Positions 12,601-24,600 of a DNA stretch of 64,000 nt are shown here, one piece after another. A model generated the notes under the pieces. That model searched no databases. It was not told where the DNA came from and worked only from the letters and a program-made list of their open reading frames with translations. This DNA comes from Ruditapes philippinarum (Eukaryota). The stretch lies in NCBI RefSeq assembly GCF_026571515.1, contig NW_026864022.1:124001-188000 (forward strand), read 5' to 3'. Each line of letters starts with the position of its first letter. The first letter of the stretch is position 1. The translations under genes were made by a program, and so were the position numbers.

Positions 12601-15600
12601 TTGATAGACAGACAGACATCTTAACCACCTGGCAATTTAATCAATTGTCACAATAGTTTTGTGCATTGCTATTATGAAGAAAATAAGCTTTTTAAAGGTT
12701 CTTTTAATACATTAAAGGTCACACTTTTAATGATGAATTCTGGTAATGTTTTTTTTTATTGCAAACTTTCAGTGGACAGCAAGTTTTAGGACCTAAAAAG
12801 AAGAAGACAAATGTTGTGGAAGATCTTTTCAAGTCTGCCAGGGAGTATGAGCTTTGTTTACTTGTAGTGTTTGTAAATGATAACATTGATGTGCACAGTG
12901 CTAAACATAACCTATTTCTTTGTTTTTAATACAGATTATTTCATGGCATATTTTACACTGGCCACCTTATTATGAATGAGCCTCACTTTTCTTAAGTTTT
13001 TTTGTGCATTTTGGTACATGTATCTCCATAGCTACTGAAGGGAATGGGGTGAAACTTAACACACTTACTAGAAAGTATAATATGAGGCCACTGTATAATG
13101 CCAATAATTCTGACATGGCCCTTTTTGACCTTAGAAAATGCCACATAAAGCTCTTATATACTATCAAGCAATGGAAAAAGTAAAGCCCGCTGTCCTATTA
13201 ACAGCTCTAATTTCTTTGGATGTGTTTTACGTCCAGTGCCCCTCCGTACATTATTTTAGGCACAAATGAGCACCTGAGTAGAACCACCAACATTCATTAA
13301 GCTAGCTGGATAGCCTCCTCACATGAAAGATTCCAATGTTCCTGGAGGGATTCAACCAACAGGAGTGAGGGGCAAGTGGTTTAAGGTCATTGACCATAGC
13401 CACTTGCTCCTGATGAATTTACTAACTAACAGTATTAGCACTGTGTTTTGATGTGAATACTTATTGTGGTATATTAAATTTTAACTAGACATGGTGCTGA
13501 GGAAGTGAACAGTGCTGAGCCACCAAGGCCGGGAGGCAGTAGGGCCTTTAAGGGCTCTGGTTACCGGCTCGGGGATGGTGAAGGACAGGATTCTGAAGAA
13601 ATCTCTGGGGAACCAGTAGCAAAAAGTAGAAGACAGGTACCAGGTCATTTGACCAAATTAGGTTGTTGGCTGACTGGCAACACTTGTTAGTGTGTCTATT
13701 AAAGTATTTCTATGAGAATAAGAATTCAATCTGATCATAATTTTGATGTTTTCATCAAAATTTAGCATGAGGCCATTGAAAAAAGAAGAGTACAACTTGT
13801 AGAAGCTGTTTAGAAATAGATTGATGTTAAATAGGAAAACATGATTTTTTCATACTTATGGCTTTTCGATGTATCTACATTGCATTGATTTAGAAACACA
13901 CTGGCTGTTAGATTTATATATCTAATACTTATATAAAATTAAAATTTCATTAAGATTCATACAAAGAGTTAACAGCACACAATCATATTTAAGACTGTGG
14001 ACTATTTACTTTATTTAAAGTCAATGAAAATAAACAAAATTGGGGAAAAAAAAATGATATCAAGTGTAGTTCTTACCCTCAAAGTGTTTGAAGATATGAG
14101 CCGTGTCATGACAAAACCAACATAATGGTTTTGCGACCAGCATGGATCCAGACCAGCCTGCGCATCCGCGCAGTCTGATCAGGATCCATGCTGTTCGCTA
14201 ACCAACCCTTTTACAAGTCAAGAAACTGATAGCGAACAGCATGGATCCTGATCAGACTGCGCGGATGCGCAGGCTGGTCTGGATCCATGCTGGTCGCAAA
14301 ACCATTATGTTGGGTTTGTCGTGACACTGCTCAATTATGTATATTTATTTGTGTATATAGGTTGACTGTGTGTTAAAACTATGGAAGAACGGGTTCAGTG
14401 TAGATGACGGACCTCTAAGAGATTTTAAAGATCCAGCTAATAAAGAATTCCTAGCCTCCATATCAAAAGGGTATAATTATGTTGTTTGAATTTTGTAACT
14501 TAAAGATCTTGTATGTTTTGTGATTGATATTGTTATGGTGTGTATACCACACTTACAAAAAATTATATATGTATATAATTATGCAAATAAAACAATTTTC
14601 AAACATCGAAGAATATGTAAAATGTGTACTGCAAATATTTGTGCACATTATAATTAATCAATAAATTACATGCATTCATTTCTTATTTGACTTAGAATTT
14701 ATATAAAATAAATTTCTAATTACCTCCCTTTATTTACATGAAATGTTAAATTGGGTAATATCTTTATATATAATGCTTATTGGAACTTACAATATTGACA
14801 AATCTTAATTTGAGCATCATATTTATGAAATAAAACCATAAAAAAATTATGTAACAGGGATTCTAGTTAAGATGATAAAAAAGTTTTGTTTTTTTTTCAT
14901 TTTGAGTCTAGTGATGTTTAATGAATGTGGAAGCTTGTGTATTAGAGTCTTTGTTATAATTTTAATGTTTCTGATTCTCATTTACCTAATTTACTTTATT
15001 TATTTATTTATTTATTCTCTTTCTTTTTGAGATGTTCATTTGCCCTTTTGGTTATATAAATGTTATCTTGTTTGAGTTTATGTATTGTTTGTTTATTAAA
15101 GTGACTTGTAAGTGAATAAGAACCTCCTATTTCAGAGTTTTGCCTTTTATCTTTACTAGTTTTAGACATGACTTACAAGTAGAGTAGCACTGCTTCTCTA
15201 ATTCGAAAGGTAAGACAAATTTTTATGATATTCTGATATTTAGACTGCTAAAATGGCATCTATATTCTATTTTTAGAGAAGTTCCACATGAGTTAATTCA
15301 AGAAGCGAGAGGTGGGGAAGTTAATTTAAATATGGAAGATCATCGAACAGAAGATTATGTGAAGCCAAAAGTTCCGACAAAAGCTTTTACAGGGGAAGGG
15401 AATGTTCTTGGAAGGTAAGTTTACTTTTAAAAAGCAAGTTAAGATTTGTGAATTAACCTATATACTAACTTTAAGATGAAATTGTAAAATTTTATGAATT
15501 CTTTTGGTTGAGGAAGATTTTCCATTAAATTGCAGCATAAGGAAATAATCTATGATCAGTATGAATTTTATTAAGCATGATGAATAACATATTTGTTATA

Positions 15601-18600
15601 TTTGGCAACTGCCCATGTTCCCATTTTACTTTCTTCCATAGAGAATTTATTTTGCCATTTTGTATATGCTTGACCTATGGAAAATTTTTATTGAATTTTT
15701 AAGAAAATAGTTTAAATGTTTTAACGGTCTCTTAGAATAAAATTAAGTTTTCTTTACCTTTTTGACTTCATAGTTCATCATAAAATCCGTCTGCTTAGCT
15801 CAAAAGAACATTGGATTTTGTTATCTCGTGGTCAGTGGATTAATCATAGGTTTAAAGCAAAAATATCTCCTGTATAATTGATCTTGCACATTGTATCTTT
15901 TGGCCTTTTATGTCTCACCTCTGGTGCAAAAAATAATGTGGGATTCATTGTCGATCACTTGCGGAGAAATTGGTTATTACTGGTTTGTTATCCAGGAAAG
16001 CTGTTAAGGTAGACTGATCAACATTACAAGATATAACCAAAAATGTGTTAAAATTGTGGTAAAAATCAGACAAACGAACAAAATGTGTATCACAGGACAA
16101 CAGGCATCTTCATTTTATCATTTACCTCTTCAAGTGTTTCTGTGAATGACTTGTATAAATGTATAGTTATTATTATATATATGTATATGTATAAATGTTG
16201 TATACCTCCTAATCACATGAGTTTATTTACAGTCCAGCTCCGACTGTGGTTAGTGCTTCATCTAAAAGTTCCAGTAAAGCTCCTAGTTCAAACCAGTCAA
16301 CGTTGAAGGTAGATGAGTCAAAACCAGTCACCACGATACAAATACGTCTAGCCGATGGATCAAGGTAGGGTGTTTGAAAAAAACATTTTCATGTAGATAG
16401 ATAGCCAACTAAAAATCGATATGCAAGGGAACTCTGTTATCAAGTTGTGGGGTAAAGTTATGTTGTGTCTTATTTCTATATTTATAAAATCTCAATAATA
16501 TACGTGTAAATGATAGTGACGTTGATATATAGGTTGGCGTCATCTTGATTCCTGCCATCAAGACATTGTGAGTGTTCCCGCTTAAACATAGCGTATGTTC
16601 TCTCGACATAAGTGTTTAAAGTTGCTGACCTCTTATCATTTTGCTTGAGCAGTATGGATTCAAATCTACCAGAGGTTTTGGAAACTCTTTAACATTTTAC
16701 CTCATATACACGGCTTTTGACGGCTTTTTGACCCCTCCCCCCCTTTTTTGAGGCCTCAAACAGTGAAAAAAATGCCCTATTCAGGCCCCAAACACTGTTT
16801 TTCGTTTGAGAAATGTTCTTAAAAATATTGATCACTTTTTCGGCGCTGCTCCCCATCTTAATGGTACATCAGGGGCTGCCAGAAAGGGGATATGCCCCCT
16901 TCTGTTTGGGGGTTTGAAGGGGGGTGCAGTAATTCCCCTCATCGCCAAGAAAATTCCATCTTAGGGTAACTAGTAACCAACGCTGAAAAGTCTTTTACTC
17001 TATCTCAATTCATTGAGAAGTTGCAGCACTTTGAAATCAGTTTTGATGGGGGAAAAAACAATGCAAAATAGTGATTTTTGGCCTGGTTGCACTGGTGCAA
17101 ATCCTACAAAATCATATCACATATTAGTTGCTTATTCACTCTGATTATTTTACTTGAGACTAAAATGTAACAAAAAGAATGATGAAAGGCATATAATTTT
17201 TATATATTTTAGCATCAGAGTCAGTTTGATACACACAATCAGTATTATAATCATTGAAAACTTCAGTTATAACACTGTCACTGTATTTTGACCCCTTATT
17301 ATTGTGCTGCCAATAAGCCAGAAAGGAGCTTACATATATGTATGATTGCTACATTGTTTCTTGCCCTATGTTGAAGAGAAAGCAGGTAATAATTTAATGC
17401 TTGTTGAGGTCTTTTATCTTGTTCCATGCATTGTCCTAAAATGTTTAGAGCTGTTTCTCTATGTTTAAGGTTTTCAACAGTTTCTATGGTTCTTATAAGT
17501 TTACTAAGTGCTTGTTGTTGATCTTGATGTCTTTGTAGATGACTGTAGATCTTGTATTGTAGGAAGTATAGAAAAGGTAGAGAATCAACTACAGCCCAGT
17601 CCATCCAATGGACCACATTTTCTTCTCTGTGTATCATGTCATCTTGTGGAGATCTGAACATTTCATATTGTAGTTCATGAGGAATACAGTTGATCTCTTT
17701 CTGTATAAATCTGACACAAAATGCTGTTATATGTTTGATACAGTCCTCACTTTGTTCACCACATACCCTCTTGAATTCTGCTGTTACTGCTGTTACTGCT
17801 GGTAGAGGCGTGTCCCAGCAGGCACAGATATGTAAAACAGGATAGGAGTAAAATTGCTGTTCAGTGCGTCTAAGAATTAGTTCAGCTTTCTCCATATCTC
17901 CTTTACTGTAGAACACAGAAGCCAATTTAAGTCTGCTAGATGAGATATCAGCTGATAGCCAAACCAATGCTTCAGGTGACACTTGATTATTTTCACCAAT
18001 GCTGAATGATGCCAGGATAGATCCATATGTGGTAAAAACACAAGGTGCTAGAAACTTGAATGCAGCCTGTTCTAATCTGTTTCCATTAACATTGAAAGTA
18101 TTTAGTTTACCTATACAATGCTTCATTGTTCTAACGTTTTTTGTGTGTAAATATTCTAAAACAAGCTTATGATGTCTGCTTACACAGTTTGCTGTGTTTA
18201 AATATTCATTGGTCATATAATTTTCATGTATCGCAAGAGAAGATTGATAATAATATGCTCCGTGCCGTACAATGTTCAGTTTTACTTGCAATCTCAAGCC
18301 AAGATCATCAATATCAATTCTTAGTAACATTTGTCTGTCATTCTGTAAAAAATCACTTATATTTTTTGAAAGTTCATGTTTTTTTTCAGCTGTAAATTGC
18401 CCTGCCATCAAATTATTTTCTCCGATAATAAAATGTGAACAACGGTCATTCTGCACACAGCTATATAATTCTAATAAGCAGTATGTTAAGCATATAAATA
18501 AATTGTTCTCTTTCCATATACTTGACTCTGTGTTTTCTATACAGTGTAATAGAACTGTTTTACACATGAAGCTTGATATGTTGATTTCCCCTTGAGGATT

Positions 18601-21600
18601 AAGGAAGGATTTAAGAATCATTTTCAATAATACATAGCACCTTATTTGTGTTATATTTAGATCGAACATAAGTTTTCTTTCTGCCAATGATGTAGATATT
18701 CTCCATTCAAGTTCAGGATATTCACTGACCTTACTTTCAGTTGGAACAACAAAACACCCAGTACTGGCTGCATATCTTCTCATGTCTTGTGTTGGCCATC
18801 TGCTAATACCTTGTCTCTCTAACCAACCAGATGCTGATTGAGGCCAGCCTTTACAAGGAAGAGCTTTCACATTGTCTGTATCACAAAATCCAGGCCCTGC
18901 ATATATAGCATTTGATGGTCCATGATCTACAGCACCCGGAATGAAACCATTAAATGTTGTGTTTTTAAACAGTACTCTTCCACTTCTGTCTATTATATGG
19001 TTTTCATTAGGAATGACAGTAACAGGGAGAGGTACACAAGGTTGGAGCAATTGTAAGAAACAATAACCAGGGGTAGTGTTCTCATCCTGTATCATTAGGT
19101 AGTTTTTCTTGCCATGTTTCCACTCTGACCAGTCTTGCATTATATTGTAATCATGATCACAGACTAGAAAATCACAGTCTGAGCTAAGTCCTATAGTAGT
19201 TGTACCTTCAATCTGACTCCCTAGATGATATACAGTGATATTACTAACAGTTACCTTGCACTGGATTTTACCCATAGTCTCCCTCAGCATGTCTTGCCTT
19301 CTCCTTCTCATCACCAATCTTTCATTGACACCAATGTCATCTAAAACCTCTGATAACGCCAATGATAGGTTTTCTTTGAAGTCAGCTTCTTGAAACATTC
19401 TGTGATATGTTAGTACAAAGGAAAAATTGTTTCAGTCAGCAACCAAGTTTATTTTGTCACATACTGTACTTCTTCATGTTTATACTTAACTAACCTAGAT
19501 GTCCTAGAACAGAACAGTACGGGATAGCCAGTACAGGATAGCCAGTTCTGAAATTTTACATAATTTTAGGTAGATATTAATGAATAAATTTAATTTTATA
19601 GATTTTTTTTCCTTTTATCTTACAGATTTTTTTTCCCTTTCATCTTATTGTTTCAATATTTTCCTATTTTTATTACATTAACATTTTGATGTCAGTGTAT
19701 TAATAGATGAGGGGATGTGTGATTAACTAATTTCTTAATACTGAATGTTTAAGTTAGTCCTGGCAAATTATAACTGAATGTTTTTATCATGGTGAATTTT
19801 CTATCAGTCTATTTTGTGTCACAACTTTTCCAGTTCAATTTATTAAAAAATTTCTTATTTCCATTTTTGTTTGTAAAAAAAACAAGCAAAACAAAACAAA
19901 ACAAAAAATTATTAAAAATAAATAAATAACATATTAATATTTTATCAATAGTAAATTGAACTAGTCCTTTAAAATAGTGAAAGATTCTTGATTTCCAGAG
20001 TTACATTACATTTAAAATATAAAAAAAAATTTAATACATAGTTTTAAATTTGATTATATTTTGTGTAAAAATTACATTATATTAAATAAAAATTGTAACT
20101 TAAAGCAGAAGCTAAGAAAAGGATACTCGAATTAAATATAATCATACTGGCATTAAACTCTTACATAATTAAATTTTCAATGAAATACTTTGTTAAAATA
20201 TTATGTGTACAAAAAAAAAATCATAAACTTAAACTTTTGAAAAGTTTGAATTTTGTAACTATGTCGCGAAAAAATGAAAAAAATTTATATTTATATGTAA
20301 TATCTGTTTCCCGCAAACCATGAAAAAAGAAGTTTTGGCTACTTTTTTACTTTCCTGTGATCAAATTGAAGAAAGGAAAATAACTCAATTGTTTTTTCAT
20401 CCCTCCCATAATCTCATTTAATATTATTTAAAGAATATTGCATGTACAATTATCTCAAAGATAAATAACTGTATTTTCATCAGAAAACTTAAAGGTATAT
20501 AAAACCATGTTTAACAGACACACCCAATCAAGATTTTAACATTATTGAAAACACAGAAAGTTTAGAAAGAATTGCATAATTATTATCTAAATAACTGACA
20601 AGAGTTTTCATCATGCTAACTTGATATAAATATCGTACAATGTATTATGGTTTATAAATTTGAAAAAAAGAAAAGAAAAAAGATAATGACTATTTTTTTG
20701 TAATAAAACTAAAAAAAAACAACAGTATTTTCATGAGAAAACATACTTATCACCCTTGTGGCTGAGGGGTTGCCTGTAAGGGTTGAGGCATCAGAATTGC
20801 AGCCATCCCTGTGTTATCATTATAAAAAGGCGACTAAATGGGTTTAAATTATTGGAGTCTTTCTTTGCTCCAGCAGGTGAGATGGCTTTGACCCCTGGTG
20901 TTGCTCATCCAGGGATATCCAAATTCATCTTTCCTGTTTCAGAACCTACAATGACCTTACTTTAAGTTGGTGCCCTGTAAAACCAAATCAAACAAAAACA
21001 ACAACAAAAAATAAAAAACTATCTAGGTATACCTAATAATTATATGGCAATAGATCTTCTGATAGAATTTTGTCCTATATGTTATAAGACCCCTACTGGT
21101 TTAACTGGAGGGGACTTTAGGTTTAACCCTCTGTCTGTCTGTCTGTCTGTGTACAAACATGTAGATACTTAGAGGGCTATGGGATAGGTAAATTTCCTTT
21201 GATGCTTTCATTCAGTAAGCTCTTATTTGGCTACTATTTCTCTTACCTGGCTAAAATAACAATAGAGAGAACAAAAGAGTAGCCACTTATATAACAGACT
21301 TTGAGCACGTCCATCCATCCATCCACAAAATAGATCCCTTGATAACACAAAAAGAACTGAAAATATTTTTGTGAAACTTGAAATATGGGTAGATATGGCA
21401 GTCTGAAGATTATGCATGTATTTTTTTCTTCCTATGTTGAAACATTTGGTTGTTATGGTAACAAATAGTTTTAAAATATTGCAAATATATAACACAAAAA
21501 CTGGATCCCAGGATAACAAAAAGAACTGAAAACATTTTTATGAAACTTGAAATATGGATAGATGGCAGTCTGGAGATATTGCACATCAATGTTGAAAAAT

Positions 21601-24600
21601 TTGGTTGCTATGGCAACAAATTGACTTAAAATATGGCAAATATAACTATACATGTATTTGTGATAAATTAAAAAAATACTGAGAATATTTTTTTAAAAAC
21701 TTGAAATATGGATAGATATGGAGATTATGCAAAACAAGGTCCACAACTCTTAACACTAAGATTATTAGATTTACCTCCCCTTCTCTTAGAAAAAAAATGT
21801 TGTTTTTGTATGACTTCTTTATTTCTTTATGTATCTACTTCAAACTTTAAATATATTTTTATCATCACCAAAATCATATGTGGCAATAGGTTCATATTTC
21901 TATTAGAATTATCGTCCTTTAACTCAGGAAATTTTATGGAAAAAAAATGTAGTTTTTTATAAATTATTATTTTTTCCTCATTTCTAACAGGATTTACTTC
22001 AAACTTTAAAAATCCCAGATCATAATAATATGACAAGGTTTATAAATCTATTGTCCACATTTCCAGAATAATCTTCCCTGTTCAATTTGATTTTCCCTCT
22101 TTTATTCAATTACTCTTATTTCTTCATGGATTTACTTTAGAATTCAAATATATGTTCATTATTAACACTTACATCATATGTGATTAGATTTATAAGTCAA
22201 GCACCTGGGTTTATGATTATTGAGCCCCAACTATAGGGATGGGGGATTTATGATTATTTAGCCCCCCCCCCCCACTATAGGTGTGGGGGGCATTTAGATT
22301 TACCCTTGTTCATCCATCCCTCAGTCTGTTCTCTTTTTGTGTCCCTTGAAGCTCAAAATGTATTTGACATAGGGTCATGAAACTTTACAAGAATGTTGAT
22401 CAGCATGTGCTTAAGCACCTGGTGTTTGGCTTGTGGATTTATCGAGTATTTCAAGAGTAATTACCCTTTGATGTATGTTGCACAGCATGTGAAGCTGTGC
22501 ACCTGGTGAATTTATTCTGTTTTGTCTGAGTTGTTACCCTTGACATTTAAATTGACCCTTGTCCGTCCATCCCTTAGTTCATTCTCTTTTTATAAAAGAA
22601 TTTCGGGCATATTATGTTATACCCCCTGGCGTCCATCCGTCTGTCCGTCCATCTGTCCATTAGCAATTTGGTTTCCGGAGCATAACTTAAGTTCCATTTG
22701 GCCCACAGTATTCAAACTTCATAGGATGATAACCCGTATTGGGTAGAAGACCCCTATTGATTTTGGGGTCACAAGGTCAAAGGTCAAGGTCACCATTACT
22801 TTAAAACTGAAAATGGTTTACGGAGCATAACTTAAGTTCCATTTGGCCCACAGTCTTCAAACTTCATAGGATGATTGTCCATATTGGGAAGAAGACCCCT
22901 TTTGATTTTGGGCTCACAAGGTCAAAGGTCAAGGTCACTATTACCTTAAAACTGAAAATGGTTTCAGGAGCATAACTAAAGTTCCATTTGGCCCACAGTC
23001 TTCAAACTTTATAGGATGATTGTCCATACTGGGTAGAAGACCCCTATTGATTTTAGGGTCACAAGGTTTACATAAAAATAAACAGAAAATGAATCGGAAT
23101 CTATCCCCTAAATGATACAAAAAATACCGACAAAAAATATCCACGAAGAAAAAAGTGAGGCTGTTAATGGCATGTACATGTAAAGCAATGCGGCGCATGG
23201 TATAACTTTGAAAGTGACGTTAAGGAAGTCACAAGCGTATGGTCTTTAATGGAGCAGCTTTTTACTCATTCAGACAAAGGCCAGTACATGATACACATGT
23301 TGTTGATGCGGCAGATATATCTCTGTACAAGTTGGCATCATATTGTATTGTAATATAATGGATGATGATAAAGATCTCCTGTAATAACGCATACTTCTGT
23401 TCTTTCCTTTTATAACTTGATTGCTGGAAAAATCGCACATGCAATAAACTATATCTACAAATAATGTAATATTTGCAGAATTATGCCCCTTTGAAACTTA
23501 AAAATTTTGGTTACAGGTTAAAGGTCTTAAGGACTATCAAAGATATTTATTTTAAACTTTCCATATTTACTTAAGGTCATAATTGAAGGTCACATCTCAT
23601 TTTGACTGAATTATGCTCCCTTTTGTACTAAAAAAAATCTCCTTTTCTTGGTTAAGTTTAACATGCAAGTTTTGCATATCTCTGAAACTATTAAAGATAC
23701 AAACTTGAAACTTCATATGTATATTTGTGGTCATAAATGATGATCACTGAACAGAACTAATATCTGTGTCATGTATTTAGGCTGATTTAACTCCCCTTTT
23801 TAGCTCACCTGTCACAAAGTGACAGGGTGAGCTTTTGTGATCGCTTTTCGTCCATCGTCCGTCTGTCCTCCGTCCGTAAACTTTTACTTTAAATGACATC
23901 TCCTCATAAACCACTAAGCCAATTTCATCCAAACTTCACAGGAATGTTCCTTTGATGGTCACCTTTGAAAATTGTTCAAAGAATTTAATTCCATGCAGAA
24001 CTCTGGTTGTCATGGCAACCAAAAGAAAAAACTTTAAATATCTTCTTCTAAAAAACCCAAAGAGCTAGAGCTTAGATATTTGGCATGAAACATCTTCTAG
24101 TGAGTGTCTACCAAGTTTTTTCAAATAAAAGCCCTCGGGTCAAAATTGGCCCCACCCAGGGGGTCATTGATTTTCCCTATATGCATATAGTAAAAACTTA
24201 AAAAATCTCCTTTTAAAAAACCCAAAGAGCTAGAGCTAAGATATTTAGCATGAAACATCCTCTAATGGGTGTCTACCAAGTTTGTTCAAATAAAAGCCCT
24301 GGGGTCAAAATTGGCCCCGCCCCAGGGGTCATTGATTCTCCCTATATGCATATAGTAAAAACTTAAAAAATCTTCTTTTAAAGAACCCAAAGAGCTAGAG
24401 CTAAGATATTTAGCATGAAACATCCTCTAATGGGTGTCTACCAAGTTTGTTAAAATAAAAGCCTTGGGGTCAAAAATGGCCCCGCCCCAGGCGGTCATTG
24501 ATTTTCCCTATATGCATATAGTAAAAACTCAAAAAATCTTCTTTTAAAGAACCCAAAGAGCTAGAGCTAATATATTTAGCATGAAACATGTTCTAGTGAG

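Noticed and set aside
18141-18595. + strand ORFs overlapping the cGLR
   Set aside because: Antisense shadows of the 699-aa ORF with no recognisable motifs.
23262-23444. Possible further upstream exon of the cGLR
   Set aside because: Splice-like boundaries exist, but it lies amid repeat fragments with no supporting homology.
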